A DNA stretch of 64,000 nt from the NCBI GenBank assembly GCA_964513845.1, contig CAZENT010000005.1, positions 41,590-105,589 of the forward strand, in the 5' to 3' direction. Shown piece by piece: positions 30,353-40,723 of the stretch. Source of the stretch: an uncultured Pseudomonadales bacterium. GTDB lineage: Bacteria; Patescibacteriota; Microgenomatia; UBA1400; MFAQ01. A program made the translations under genes and the position numbers. Position 1 is the first letter of the stretch. The number at the start of each line of letters is the position of its first letter. The notes beneath the pieces were generated by a model. That model made no database searches. It was given only the letters and a program-made list of their open reading frames with translations, and was not told the origin of the DNA.

Positions 30353-31488
30353 TCTTTGGAAATGAGTTTTCCCACCCTGGAAGATAGGGTTTGAGATGGA
30401 AGCTCAATATATTTGAAAACAAGTAATGAAATTCCGGTTGCAATCACAGTAGAAAGAACGAAGAGAGCTGTGTGTATCAAAAAATATTGACCTTGGAAGG
30501 GAAGATTGGGGAAATTTTGAAACATAAAGCGAGAAATTACATACAGAACAGAGTAGTGAATGAGATATAAACTGTAGGAAATTTTTCCAAAGAATTTTAA
30601 GACTTTGCCATCCAATAGGTTGAAAACTTTTACTTTGTCACCGTAAGCCGCGACACCAATGATAAAGAAGGAGATAATGGCTTCAACCAAACCTCCCAGA
30701 TATTCATCTGTGAGATAGCGAAATCCCAACATGAGAACAACGGCAAATGGAAAAACAAGAACGACAGTCCGGTTTGGAATATTGGTAAAGAAATCTTTAA
30801 ACTTGGGAATCATTAAACCGAGATAAAACATGTAGAGATAGCGAAGATCGCGAAAACCTTCGATATTTAATAAAGTAAAACTACTATAAATAAGAAGCAC
30901 ACTAATTAGAATGTCGGTCCACCAAGAGGTCTTTTTGTTTAGTAAGAAAAAAACAGGAAAAATAAATGAGGTAATCAAGATTACTCTTAATGTCCAAGTA
31001 ACTCCTCCAACATAAGCGTGGATAAAGAAGAAGTTTAAAATGAACTCCTTGAGAGTCATCTCGAAATTCATCCACCAGTTGTACCAAGATGATGAAAAGG
31101 GAAATGTTTGATATGAATAGCCATATCTCATATAAAGAGCGGTAAGTACGAGAATCAAAATGTAGACGGGATACAGACGAATAATCCTTTTGGCATAGAA
31201 ACCAAGAACTCCTCTGAAATCCATCTTTATTTTGGAAAGAGATGGACCAAGGACCAAACCGGAAAGCAAAAAGAAAAGGGTAACTGCCGCACCGCCATTG
31301 CCAACAAACATTAAAAGTTGTTGGAGTTTGGATTGAAGATCGTGAAAGATGAGAGGGTTTTGTAACCAAACACTGGCGAAAGCTGGGATGGTGATTACCA
31401 TGTAGGAATGATTCAAGCAAACAATAAGCGCCAGTAAACCGCGAAGTCCGTCAAGTTTGGTGAAACGCGCAGGTTTGTTGATTTCCAT
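30349..31488 (-). CDS. acyltransferase family 3 (OafA-like) membrane protein
   Basis: LDGLRGLLALIVCLNH N-terminal motif and about 10 TM segments. Confidence 0.75.
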   Translation of the reverse strand: MEINKPARFTKLDGLRGLLALIVCLNHSYMVITIPAFASVWLQNPLIFHDLQSKLQQLLMFVGNGGAAVTLFFLLSGLVLGPSLSKIKMDFRGVLGFYAKRIIRLYPVYILILVLTALYMRYGYSYQTFPFSSSWYNWWMNFEMTLKEFILNFFFIHAYVGGVTWTLRVILITSFIFPVFFLLNKKTSWWTDILISVLLIYSSFTLLNIEGFRDLRYLYMFYLGLMIPKFKDFFTNIPNRTVVLVFPFAVVLMLGFRYLTDEYLGGLVEAIISFFIIGVAAYGDKVKVFNLLDGKVLKFFGKISYSLYLIHYSVLYVISRFMFQNFPNLPFQGQYFLIHTALFVLSTVIATGISLLVFKYIELPSQTLSSRVGKLISKE

Positions 31489-31496
31489 TGTATTTA

Positions 31497-32267
31497 TTAT
31501 AAAAGGGTTTTTAGTCTTAGGTACAAATTAAATGTGAAATAAAACGGAAAAGAAAATATCGGAAGATGCTTTAAACAAAATCGCAGATGACTATTGGCTA
31601 AAATGATAATTTTTCTTTTTCCAATTTTATTAGTACTCGAGGACAGGCTGTGAAATATACTAACACTTGGGCAAAATTCAAGTTTGAAACCGTTCTCTTT
31701 GGCTCTAAGGCAAAAATCGACGTCTTCGTAGTATAAAAAATATCGATCATCCATCTTTATTTTCATAAAGACTTCCTTTTTTATAAATAGACAAACTCCA
31801 GAAAAATAATCAGGAGTTTTACTGGGCAAAGAGTGCAGATGAGTATTCCGACCGAATATTTTGTCTACCACACCTCCATAATCGTGGGTAATTTCCCCGT
31901 CTGATAGGTACTTGATTAGCGGAGAAATAATATCTCCCTTTGATAACAATAATTTATCAAAAAAGTCTTTTTCATTAATAACCGTGTCGTTATTAATGAG
32001 TAAAATATAATCACAACCATCTTTTATTGCCCTGGCAATCCCTAGATTGTTGCCTCCAGCAAAACCAAGATTATTTTCTGAGTGAATACTAATTATATTT
32101 GGATAGGCTTTTTCTACCTCTTCCATGGTGCCATCGTTGGAGGCATTGTCCACAATATACTGCTTTAAAATGAAATTTTTTGAGTTAACTTTTTCTACAG
32201 ATGCAAGAAGAGCTTTGGTGTCTTTTGCGTTTTTATAATGAATCGAAATTAACCCAATGGTAATCAT
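31497..32267 (-). CDS. family 2 glycosyltransferase
   Basis: ISIHYKNAKDTKALLASV...DNASNDGT and a DxD-type YYEDVD. Confidence 0.7.
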   Translation of the reverse strand: MITIGLISIHYKNAKDTKALLASVEKVNSKNFILKQYIVDNASNDGTMEEVEKAYPNIISIHSENNLGFAGGNNLGIARAIKDGCDYILLINNDTVINEKDFFDKLLLSKGDIISPLIKYLSDGEITHDYGGVVDKIFGRNTHLHSLPSKTPDYFSGVCLFIKKEVFMKIKMDDRYFLYYEDVDFCLRAKENGFKLEFCPSVSIFHSLSSSTNKIGKRKIIILANSHLRFCLKHLPIFSFPFYFTFNLYLRLKTLL

Positions 32268-33193
32268 TTTTTGAGTAGATGATTAATTGAGTAATGAAAC
32301 AGAGGAAAAATTGACACGTACTTTACTAGTTTTTTGAGATATATTTTTGCAGTTCGCATATCTCCCTTGAGAATTAATATTTTGATATTTTTGAGAAAGT
32401 CTAAGGTTTTTACACGAATAACCCTTTCTTTGTCCTTTTTTGAAAGCTTAAATATTTTTTTGTAATCATTATTTTCAAAATATTTTTCTATAAATACAAA
32501 GGTTTCATCAATAAAGCGACCATCTCTTATAGCAGCCGTCGTATTTGATCCCTTGTGCATTCTGAATGAGCATAATGGTTTGTTGATATAACCAATATTA
32601 CCCATGGGGTGCATCCTGAGCCAAAACTCGAAATCTGCAAGCTGAGAGAAGCGTATGTCAAACAAACCAGCTGCAATGGCATCTTCTTTGCGGAACATTA
32701 CAGCAGATGGTTCTCCGATTCGGTTTTCCTTGATGGTTGTGATTAGTTTGTGAGCGTATTTTACGCCTGATTCTTTTATTGTTTTGTTCGCAAACTGCAT
32801 TGTATATAGAAGTTTGCTATTCTCATCTATGAATTTTCTTTTACAGGTTACGATCGAAATATCCTTATTTTTTTGAAAATAGTCAAGTTCTTTTTCAACA
32901 CAGTTGGGGTCGATTAAGTCATCTGAATGGAGAAATTTGACATATTTCCCCTTGGCTTTTTGAATACAAAAGTTCCAGTTGGGAACCATGCCCAGATTTT
33001 TCTTGTGCACAACTAGCTTTATCCTTGGATCTTTTATTTTTTTAACTAGATTAACAGTGTTGTCTGTACTGCAGTTGTCCGATACCAGTATTTCTATATT
33101 TTTATATGTTTGATTTACAGCACAATTAAGTGCATCACAAATACTATCCTCTCTGTTGTAGGTGGGGATACAAATACTAACTAAGGGGTTCAT
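32264..33193 (-). CDS. family 2 glycosyltransferase
   Basis: VSICIPTYNREDSICDALNCAVNQTYKNIEILVSDNCSTDNT. The start is probably the MNPLVS ATG at 33193. The track start at 33262 overlaps the next gene by 86 nt. Confidence 0.7.
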   Translation of the reverse strand: MNPLVSICIPTYNREDSICDALNCAVNQTYKNIEILVSDNCSTDNTVNLVKKIKDPRIKLVVHKKNLGMVPNWNFCIQKAKGKYVKFLHSDDLIDPNCVEKELDYFQKNKDISIVTCKRKFIDENSKLLYTMQFANKTIKESGVKYAHKLITTIKENRIGEPSAVMFRKEDAIAAGLFDIRFSQLADFEFWLRMHPMGNIGYINKPLCSFRMHKGSNTTAAIRDGRFIDETFVFIEKYFENNDYKKIFKLSKKDKERVIRVKTLDFLKNIKILILKGDMRTAKIYLKKLVKYVSIFPLFHYSINHLLKK

Positions 33194-33896
33194 TTTCTTG
33201 AATGAATTTATCGGCTTTTTTATAATCCTCTTTTCTGCCAATATCAAAATATGTACCGCCATCTAGTTTTACGCCATAACAAGGATATTTTTCCTTATAT
33301 ATATCTATGGCTGTACTTAAAAGCCTTTCTTCAGGTTTGTCTGAGTTGGGAAGGATACTTAGCATTTTTTTTGCTTCACCGACCTTCACCTTGCCAATCC
33401 CCCAAATCCAGTTGCTGTGTGGTTTCTTGACCTTGTCTTCAATAAGTGTAATTTTATTTTGTGAATCAATACTAACTGCACCGAAATTTTCTGGATGAGG
33501 TGTGGAGAATAAACCAAGCACAACGTCTTCAGGATAGTTCTTTAATATATTAAAGCCATTTTTGGGGTACCAGATAGTATCCGGTAAACCAAAAAATATA
33601 TAATCGTCGTCCTTTAGTAGGTCAACTGAGGCAAAAATATTATCGGTGAGTGCTTTATCGTCTCTCACGATGAACACGACATTAACTTTGTACGGTGATT
33701 TTGTCGAAAGATATCGGGGAATATCCAGCTTATCTGAATTTATGGTAATAAATATTTTGTCGATTCCTGCCAAAACCATTCTTTCCAATAAATATTCGAT
33801 GATAGCTTGTTCGCCTACCAAAGCAAGCTCTTTCGAATAGGCAAGGGGTTGCAATCTAGATCCAAAACCGGCAGCTGGTATAGTTCCGTATAGCAT
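33177..33896 (-). CDS. sugar-phosphate nucleotidyltransferase
   Basis: N-terminal G-x-G-x-R-L motif (IPAAGFGSRLQPL) of the NTP_transferase family. Confidence 0.7.
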   Translation of the reverse strand: MLYGTIPAAGFGSRLQPLAYSKELALVGEQAIIEYLLERMVLAGIDKIFITINSDKLDIPRYLSTKSPYKVNVVFIVRDDKALTDNIFASVDLLKDDDYIFFGLPDTIWYPKNGFNILKNYPEDVVLGLFSTPHPENFGAVSIDSQNKITLIEDKVKKPHSNWIWGIGKVKVGEAKKMLSILPNSDKPEERLLSTAIDIYKEKYPCYGVKLDGGTYFDIGRKEDYKKADKFIQENEPLS

Positions 33897-33996
33897 TTAT
33901 TATTTATATAGTTATTTAACTATCCCTCTGGTATATTCTAACCTAATCAATGTATTTATACATTTGTGATTTGTTTAGTTATTATTTATCTTTTTT

Positions 33997-34665
33997 GTGA
34001 AATATCGATACGATTCTTTTAATCATCACCCCTTTCACACTCACACCATGGCGGTTGAGATTATAAAACCGGGATCGAAAGTTTTGGATGTGGGGTGTGC
34101 AACAGGCTTTTTTGCAAAGGAACTTAAGAAAAAGAAATGTGAAGTGTGGGGTGTTGACGGTAACGAAGAAGCGATAAAAAAAGCAAGCAAATACACGAAG
34201 AAGGCTATCACGAGAAATTTTGAAGTTATAAAATCACTGCCTTTTCCAAAAAGATATTTTGACTATATCGTACTAATGGATGTGATTGAACATTTGAGTT
34301 TCCCTGAGAAAATCCTTGAGGTCGTAAAGCCTCACATAAAAAATGGGGGGAAATTTATAATTTCCATTCCTAATATTGCCCACGCCTCAACTCGATGGAT
34401 GTTGTTAAATGGAAATTTTCAATATACTACTTGGGGGATTATGGATCAGACTCATTTGCGTTTTTATACAATGAAAACATTCGAATCTGCCTTGACTAAT
34501 AATGGTTTTAGAATTTTAAAAATGTTGCCCACAAATGGCATGACCAAAGTGCCTTTATTAAGAAAATTTACGGACAGACTTCCCGCTAGTTGGCAGTACC
34601 AAATAGTACGCATGGTTCCGACTCTTTTTTCTTACCAATTTATGGCTCTGGTTGAGGTTCGATAG
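33997..34665 (+). CDS. class I SAM-dependent methyltransferase
   Basis: Motif I VLDVGCATGFFAKEL and motif II/post-I IVLMDVIEHL. Confidence 0.75.
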   Translation: MKYRYDSFNHHPFHTHTMAVEIIKPGSKVLDVGCATGFFAKELKKKKCEVWGVDGNEEAIKKASKYTKKAITRNFEVIKSLPFPKRYFDYIVLMDVIEHLSFPEKILEVVKPHIKNGGKFIISIPNIAHASTRWMLLNGNFQYTTWGIMDQTHLRFYTMKTFESALTNNGFRILKMLPTNGMTKVPLLRKFTDRLPASWQYQIVRMVPTLFSYQFMALVEVR

Positions 34666-35965
34666 CCAAAAGAATACTTTTAATTTGTTTATCAAATAAT
34701 ACCCAAGTAACAACTAATACTGTTGGCACAGTGATCGCGGCACTCAATAATGTGGAATATGCGGCTCCCATTGCGCCAAAGCGTGGTATAAGAACAAACA
34801 TACCGACCGCGTTTAAGATAGCTGTAAAAACGGCAAAAAATGAAGCAACTTGAGGTTTCCCCATACTTTGCAATATAACTGTCGGAATTGGGGTTAGCGC
34901 ATTCAGTAAAAAATACACACTCATAATTTTTAGGATTGGATAGGCCATGTTCACAACTACCTCGTCCTTTAACCACCAAAGTAAGAACTCTTTCCCAATG
35001 GAAAACGAAAGAATTATGGCCAAAATTCCACCTGCCAGTGCTAGTAATTCGATGATGATCACTAAATTTTTCAGTTTATTGACGCGATCTTTCTGCAGCA
35101 AAGAAGTACCGAGAGGAAAGAAGGCCTGAGCTACTTGAGAGACAATTCCTGCGCCTTTAGCGACGATGTTTTGAGGAATACTGAAGGCAGTAATAGCCTG
35201 GGCTGAAACCATAATACCTAAGGCGTATTTGGAAAACTGCGCCTCGATTTGATTGGCCAAGGTACCAATAAAATTTTTGAGACCAAAATTAATAAGTTCC
35301 TCTCCTTCAGACCTTTCATATCCAGGCAGAAAATCTTTTCCCTTAAAGATTTTTGAACTGTAAGAGGCCATAAATAATAGAGTGAAAAAATGAAAGATTA
35401 ATTGCAGAAGAAAGATTAAGGCTATGTCGGGATAGATAGATGAAAGAAAAGCAGACAGAACAGTATTTGCCGACCCCACCAAAAGTGTTTTGGAGTTAAA
35501 AATATCAAATCTCTGCTCGGCTTGGGGAAGGCTTAAGAAATGAGAGTTGATGTGGTTAATAAAAATCGTGACAGTAAGGATGGCAATGACCCAATTAATT
35601 GTGGATGAGTTGATGATTTGGAACATGGGGAGAGTTCTGGTGAGGTAGATTAACAAACCCAGGACAACCAACGAAATGATTGCACCAATGAAGATAAATA
35701 GACTAAAAGATGTTTTCCAGGTGGAAATTCTTTCTTTTTTTTCAATTTCTGGCAAAGATAGTCGGCGGACTACGGCCGTAGAAATTCCAAAATCAAAAAC
35801 AGCTGATAGGGGAATAAATGCGCCGAGAAACAGATAGACACCAAACAAATCTCGGCCAAGATTGCCCAAAAGAACAGAAATGGAAAAGAAACTGGCAACC
35901 AATAAATATGCATAACTTGCTAAATTAAATCCAGTGTTTTTGATGAGACTTGATTTTATCGACAT
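34640..35965 (-). CDS. polysaccharide flippase (Wzx/MOP superfamily)
   Basis: A 441-aa protein with about 12 TM segments, typical of oligosaccharide flippases within a GT cluster. Confidence 0.6.
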   Translation of the reverse strand: MSIKSSLIKNTGFNLASYAYLLVASFFSISVLLGNLGRDLFGVYLFLGAFIPLSAVFDFGISTAVVRRLSLPEIEKKERISTWKTSFSLFIFIGAIISLVVLGLLIYLTRTLPMFQIINSSTINWVIAILTVTIFINHINSHFLSLPQAEQRFDIFNSKTLLVGSANTVLSAFLSSIYPDIALIFLLQLIFHFFTLLFMASYSSKIFKGKDFLPGYERSEGEELINFGLKNFIGTLANQIEAQFSKYALGIMVSAQAITAFSIPQNIVAKGAGIVSQVAQAFFPLGTSLLQKDRVNKLKNLVIIIELLALAGGILAIILSFSIGKEFLLWWLKDEVVVNMAYPILKIMSVYFLLNALTPIPTVILQSMGKPQVASFFAVFTAILNAVGMFVLIPRFGAMGAAYSTLLSAAITVPTVLVVTWVLFDKQIKSILLAIEPQPEP

Positions 35966-37047
35966 GCAATTTCTTCGTAAATTTTTTCTATCTGTTTCCC
36001 GATTTTGTGACAGTCGTATTTTTCGACAGCTCTTTGACGAGCGACTTGGGAAAGAGATTGTCTACGCTCTTCATTATAGATTAGTTTTTCTAAGGTCGCC
36101 TTTAGGTCTTTGGGGTCTGAATGGCGAGCAATGAGCGCGGCATCACCAACCACTTCAGGAATAGCACCACTGTTGGTGGTAACTATGGGAAGGCCACACG
36201 CTAGAGCCTCTACAAGACACATGCCGTACTGCTCTGCCCAAGTTTTGGTTTCTCGACTGGGTAAACAAAAGATGTCTGCTTTTTGGTACTCACGATATAC
36301 TTGGCTGTAGGGGACCGATTTTAGATAAATATTCTTATATCCAATCAAATCATGTTTTAGAGGACCAGCGCCAACAATGGTGAGCTTTACGTTTGGATTC
36401 TTTTCTTTAATTTGTAAGAAGGCCTCTAAAAGGTCAGTAATCCCCTTCTCCGGAACCAGTCTGGCAACACACAGGATGTTAATATCTTTTGTTTTTTTCT
36501 TATGTGGGTTTGGGTGAAATTTTTTGATGTCTATTCCCATATTTATGACTGTAATTTTTTCAAGTTTGACTCCCTCTTTGACTAAACAATCTTTGGCTTT
36601 TTGAGTGACGGCCAGAAATCGATCAACATTTTCATAGGCTAATTTTTTGTATTCTTTTCTACCTTTGATTCCCTCATTGTTGAACGGTATTATTTCCCAT
36701 ACCGTACTAACGATTCTTCTGACCAATCCCCTTCTCTTCGCCATAATGGCTTGGTGAGTGTAGCCAAAATATGTTTCCGCAACATGAACAATCTCGCTTC
36801 TCTTGATAACATTATCAAGGTTGCCAAGTTTTTGGGCATCTATAAATATTCTGTTTAGAATTGGATATTTTTTGGGGAAATTGGGAAGATCTGTGGGGGA
36901 CCATAGTTTTATAAGAGGTAAGTCGATTTTGGATGAGATGGGGTGTTTTGAAGACACAGCAACTATGTTGTACTTATCCTTAAGGGAATAATAGTTTTGC
37001 AGTTCGAACGGATTTAGAAACGCTCCTCTGATGATTGAGATTTTCAT
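35956..37047 (-). CDS. family 4 glycosyltransferase (GT-B)
   Basis: C-terminal GT4 motif FCLPSRETKTWAEQYGMCLVEALACGLPIVTTNSGAIPEVV. Confidence 0.8.
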   Translation of the reverse strand: MKISIIRGAFLNPFELQNYYSLKDKYNIVAVSSKHPISSKIDLPLIKLWSPTDLPNFPKKYPILNRIFIDAQKLGNLDNVIKRSEIVHVAETYFGYTHQAIMAKRRGLVRRIVSTVWEIIPFNNEGIKGRKEYKKLAYENVDRFLAVTQKAKDCLVKEGVKLEKITVINMGIDIKKFHPNPHKKKTKDINILCVARLVPEKGITDLLEAFLQIKEKNPNVKLTIVGAGPLKHDLIGYKNIYLKSVPYSQVYREYQKADIFCLPSRETKTWAEQYGMCLVEALACGLPIVTTNSGAIPEVVGDAALIARHSDPKDLKATLEKLIYNEERRQSLSQVARQRAVEKYDCHKIGKQIEKIYEEIACR

Positions 37048-37049
37048 AA

Positions 37050-37913
37050 TTAAAAAGTTTTTCTTGCTAGTATCAATAAATCATCAAGAATAAATAGGGG
37101 TTGAATAATAATGTTTTCGAAGATACTAAAATGCTTAATGAAAAAGATTTTTCTTGATTGTATCCAAGAAGAGTGCCTGATTTTATCTTTATTGTTACTG
37201 CTTGCCCCTCCAACATGCAGAATCCTTGAAGTATTGGCATGATATATTCTTATTCCGGCTTTTTTTGCTCTAACACAATAGTCAACATCTTCAAGGTACA
37301 TAAAATATGATTCACTTAATAATCCGATTCGTTTTATTGTACTAATCCGTATTAACATGTAACCACCGGTGACTACATCGACAGGAAACGCGTCTTTTGA
37401 ATTTTTTGTATCAAGATAATAAAAGTAATTATGCCACTTATCATTTTTGCAAATCTTTCTTAAATTTGTAAAGTCAAATATTCCCACCATTAAATTCGGA
37501 AATCGAAAATATGAACCGCTGGAGTCTCCCTTTGGATTAACAGTCTCCCCCCCACTGATGCCAGCATTGTGTTTATCAGAGCAATCTATTAAATTTATCA
37601 GGGAATTTTTTTCAAGAAGAGTGTCTGGATTTAGAAGAAGGACATAGTCGACATTATTGCTCTTGAGTATTCCTTGATTAGAAGCTTTTGCAAAACCAAT
37701 ATTTTTTTTATTTTCAATTAGATAAATAGCATCATTTTTCTTTTGTATCTTTTTTATTATATTTTTAGTATTGTCTACTGAGTTATTGTCTACAATACAT
37801 ATATTGTATTTTATTGATCGCAAATTACTTTTGACGATTGAATTAATACATTTCTCAATATAGTTTTGAGAATTAAATGTTACAATGATAATTGAGATTC
37901 TGTACTTTTTCAC
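37050..37913 (-). CDS. family 2 glycosyltransferase
   Basis: ISIIIVTFNSQNYIEKCINSI...VDNNSVDNT. Confidence 0.7.
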   Translation of the reverse strand: MKKYRISIIIVTFNSQNYIEKCINSIVKSNLRSIKYNICIVDNNSVDNTKNIIKKIQKKNDAIYLIENKKNIGFAKASNQGILKSNNVDYVLLLNPDTLLEKNSLINLIDCSDKHNAGISGGETVNPKGDSSGSYFRFPNLMVGIFDFTNLRKICKNDKWHNYFYYLDTKNSKDAFPVDVVTGGYMLIRISTIKRIGLLSESYFMYLEDVDYCVRAKKAGIRIYHANTSRILHVGGASSNNKDKIRHSSWIQSRKIFFIKHFSIFENIIIQPLFILDDLLILARKTF

Positions 37914-37946
37914 GCATTTGTTATATTAATAATTTAATTTTACAAA

Positions 37947-40580
37947 ATGAAGTCCTGCATGTTGCTTCTACTTGGTGGTCTAGTCGGAATCTTATCATTA
38001 TTTGTTTCTCCAGGCGATGTCTGGGCAGGCTCACTTTTTGAAGATCATTTTTCATCAATCGATACGGATAGGTGGACAATAAATGTAAGAGGGAACGGAA
38101 GAGTCACAATTGAAGATAATTCAATATTAAGGTTATCTTCATCAAGTGATTATTTTTTTCCCTATGTGTATCTAAATAATCTTGTAATTCCAGATAATAA
38201 TTATTCAATAGAAATAAAATATAGAATTTCTGGAGAATATAATTACGGGAGTGGAATTATATTTTCTGATAAATTGCTACCATACAACGGTCAAAACGAC
38301 ATAACTCTTTCGGATACAATTTTCCAAATTTGGCCAGATGCTGAATCGAACATATGGGTTAATTCTGCAGTGTGTGAGGATGGTTCTACGGATTGTTCTT
38401 TTCCTTTTTTTAACAGAGTTGCACCAACAACAATAAACGAATGGAATACTCTTAAAATTGTTTCCGATACCAACAATCGATTCTATTTATATATAAATAA
38501 TAATCTTGAATTTGTATCGACCACATCGTCATCAAAAATTAAACATATTTGGTTTGGAAATCCAGAAAGAACTATAACCTCCACAACAAGAACCACAGTT
38601 GATATTGATTATTTATCAATTTTTACAAATATTCAGACGAATACAAATCCAGTAATAGTAATTCCTGGTCTTGGAGCAAGTTGGGATTTGGGGGCAATTT
38701 TAAGTGGAACAGACGGTTCAAATTGGCAAATTCCAAGTTTTGTTAATAATTATGATGGACTAAAAAGCTCCTTAATTAACGCCGGATATTCATATACTGA
38801 GGGTAGAAAACTATACACATTTGCCTATGATTGGCGAAAACCTCTTGACGTTTTGGCTGATCGACTAGACGCCTATATCGAAACAAACATTCCTTCTGAC
38901 GAAAAGGTGGATCTAGTAGGCCACAGCATGGGAGGTTTGGTAGCGAGAGCGTATGCCCAGAAACATGGGGTATCGAGAATAAATAAAATTGCAGAAATTG
39001 GATCTCCAAATTTGGGCTCTGCAGAAGCATACAGTATTTGGGAAGGAGCTACGCTTTTGGACGATACTTGGTGGACTAAGCTAGCACTAGAGCTTACAAC
39101 TCATTTTGGTGCGAACCCTGGTGAGTCAAAAATTCAAACGATTCAGAGAGTCGCCCCATCAATTAAGGATTTACTCCCCACAACACCCTTCTTATCCCAA
39201 AACGATAGTTTGATTCCCTGGTCTGAAATGAATCAAAAAAATACTAACTTGGCAGAATTAAATCAAGACATTAGTTTAATTAATCCCCTACTGAAGGTTT
39301 TTTACAGTAAAGACAAACAAACAAAGTCAACAATAAACGTAATTGCCCCCAGCACTGACGAACTTGCGGCAGGAATGTGGGTAGATGGAAAGCCAACTAA
39401 CAATCCATTTTCATTTGTCGATGGGGACGGAACTGTTACAGAATCAAGCGCAAAGGGTTCTTTTACCAATACTATTCAAGGGTCTGGATGGCATGGCGAG
39501 CTTGTTACAAAAGAAGATAACCTTAAAAATGTTTTTGATTTCCTAGGACTTGATCAAACAAAAGTAATCGCCGGAAGTTTTGATTCCAGAAAAAATGTTC
39601 TTGTTGCCGCATTACGATCTCCCGGAAAACTTGAAGTGTGTAATTTTGATATGACTTTGTGTAATTCAGACATTGGAATATTCTTACCCGATAATGATTT
39701 GTTTATTCTTCCTGGTTACTCCAGCGAGAAACTAATTTTGAAGGTTACTGAAGACGAGGGTGGCGAGTATGCCGTGCATTTAGGTGATATTGGTGACGAA
39801 GCTGATTGGAAAATTCTGAATGGTAATCTCCAAACCGATGGTCAGGTGGATTACTACAACATCGGAAGAGATGGAGAAAACATCACATTTGAGGTAGATA
39901 AAACCGGCCCTTCAGTTCCACAAATCACAGGATTTCATAATCCTGAGTTGGCATGCGGAGGTGCAACAAATCAACACAATGTCACAGTAGACTGGACAGA
40001 TTCGACCGATACAAATGGAGTTTCGAAGTATTTGTACAACATTGATTACCCAATAAACGGCTCAAGAAGTCTGTGGAATGCTAGTTTCCAATTATCTCAG
40101 TACCGAGGATCACTTAATGAAGGAGTTCACTATATAAAAGTCAGAGCAGAAGATAGATTTGGAAATTTGTCAGACTGGTCAAATATTTGTAGCGTGACTG
40201 CCGATTGGACCGCACCAAAAGTAACCATAACCTCTCCTGTGGCAGGAACATATAATTTTAGAGATTTACCAAAATTAAAATTTACGGCAACAGATAATTT
40301 GGATACCAACTTGGAAGTATCGAATACGGGGTTGCCAAAAAGTGAGGGTACTCACACAGTCACTGTGACAGCAAAAGATGATGCCGGGAATATTGGATCT
40401 GCATCTGTAACTTACATGATAAAGAAAGATCACCTACGTGACGTGTGTAAAAAGAATGGCTGGAGAATGTTTGGGTTATTTCGATATAGAAACCAAGGAG
40501 AGTGCGAAAAATATTTTGACCGGCTTGAAAGAATCTACGAAATGACTCACAGATATACAAATATCTGGAGTTGGAGATAA
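37947..40580 (+). CDS. large secreted multidomain protein with a lipase-like alpha/beta-hydrolase domain and Ig-like repeats
   Basis: A signal peptide, an N-terminal beta-sandwich region, VIVIPGLGAS plus the nucleophile elbow VDLVGHSMGGLVARAY (lipase class 2/LCAT-like), then about 400 aa of Ig-like beta repeats. Confidence 0.7.
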   Translation: MKSCMLLLLGGLVGILSLFVSPGDVWAGSLFEDHFSSIDTDRWTINVRGNGRVTIEDNSILRLSSSSDYFFPYVYLNNLVIPDNNYSIEIKYRISGEYNYGSGIIFSDKLLPYNGQNDITLSDTIFQIWPDAESNIWVNSAVCEDGSTDCSFPFFNRVAPTTINEWNTLKIVSDTNNRFYLYINNNLEFVSTTSSSKIKHIWFGNPERTITSTTRTTVDIDYLSIFTNIQTNTNPVIVIPGLGASWDLGAILSGTDGSNWQIPSFVNNYDGLKSSLINAGYSYTEGRKLYTFAYDWRKPLDVLADRLDAYIETNIPSDEKVDLVGHSMGGLVARAYAQKHGVSRINKIAEIGSPNLGSAEAYSIWEGATLLDDTWWTKLALELTTHFGANPGESKIQTIQRVAPSIKDLLPTTPFLSQNDSLIPWSEMNQKNTNLAELNQDISLINPLLKVFYSKDKQTKSTINVIAPSTDELAAGMWVDGKPTNNPFSFVDGDGTVTESSAKGSFTNTIQGSGWHGELVTKEDNLKNVFDFLGLDQTKVIAGSFDSRKNVLVAALRSPGKLEVCNFDMTLCNSDIGIFLPDNDLFILPGYSSEKLILKVTEDEGGEYAVHLGDIGDEADWKILNGNLQTDGQVDYYNIGRDGENITFEVDKTGPSVPQITGFHNPELACGGATNQHNVTVDWTDSTDTNGVSKYLYNIDYPINGSRSLWNASFQLSQYRGSLNEGVHYIKVRAEDRFGNLSDWSNICSVTADWTAPKVTITSPVAGTYNFRDLPKLKFTATDNLDTNLEVSNTGLPKSEGTHTVTVTAKDDAGNIGSASVTYMIKKDHLRDVCKKNGWRMFGLFRYRNQGECEKYFDRLERIYEMTHRYTNIWSWR

Positions 40581-40585
40581 ATGGA

Positions 40586-40602
40586 GGTCGCGACAGGAAT
40601 CG
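40586..40602 (-). repeat. 17-nt direct duplicate of the tRNA-Val 3' end
   Basis: ggtcgcgacaggaatcg at 40586-40602 is identical to 40725-40741, which on the minus strand is T-loop, T-stem and acceptor 3' strand, positions 56-72 of the tRNA. Confidence 0.8.
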
Positions 40603-40723
40603 GTCATCAGTAAATTTCTGCTGAAATTTCTTCTGACCACGCCTCAGCACCAGTCGTACTTCCGGCTTTTCGATTCTTCCCGACTTGATACACAAAAGTC
40701 ATACCGCAAGGGTATGACATTTG

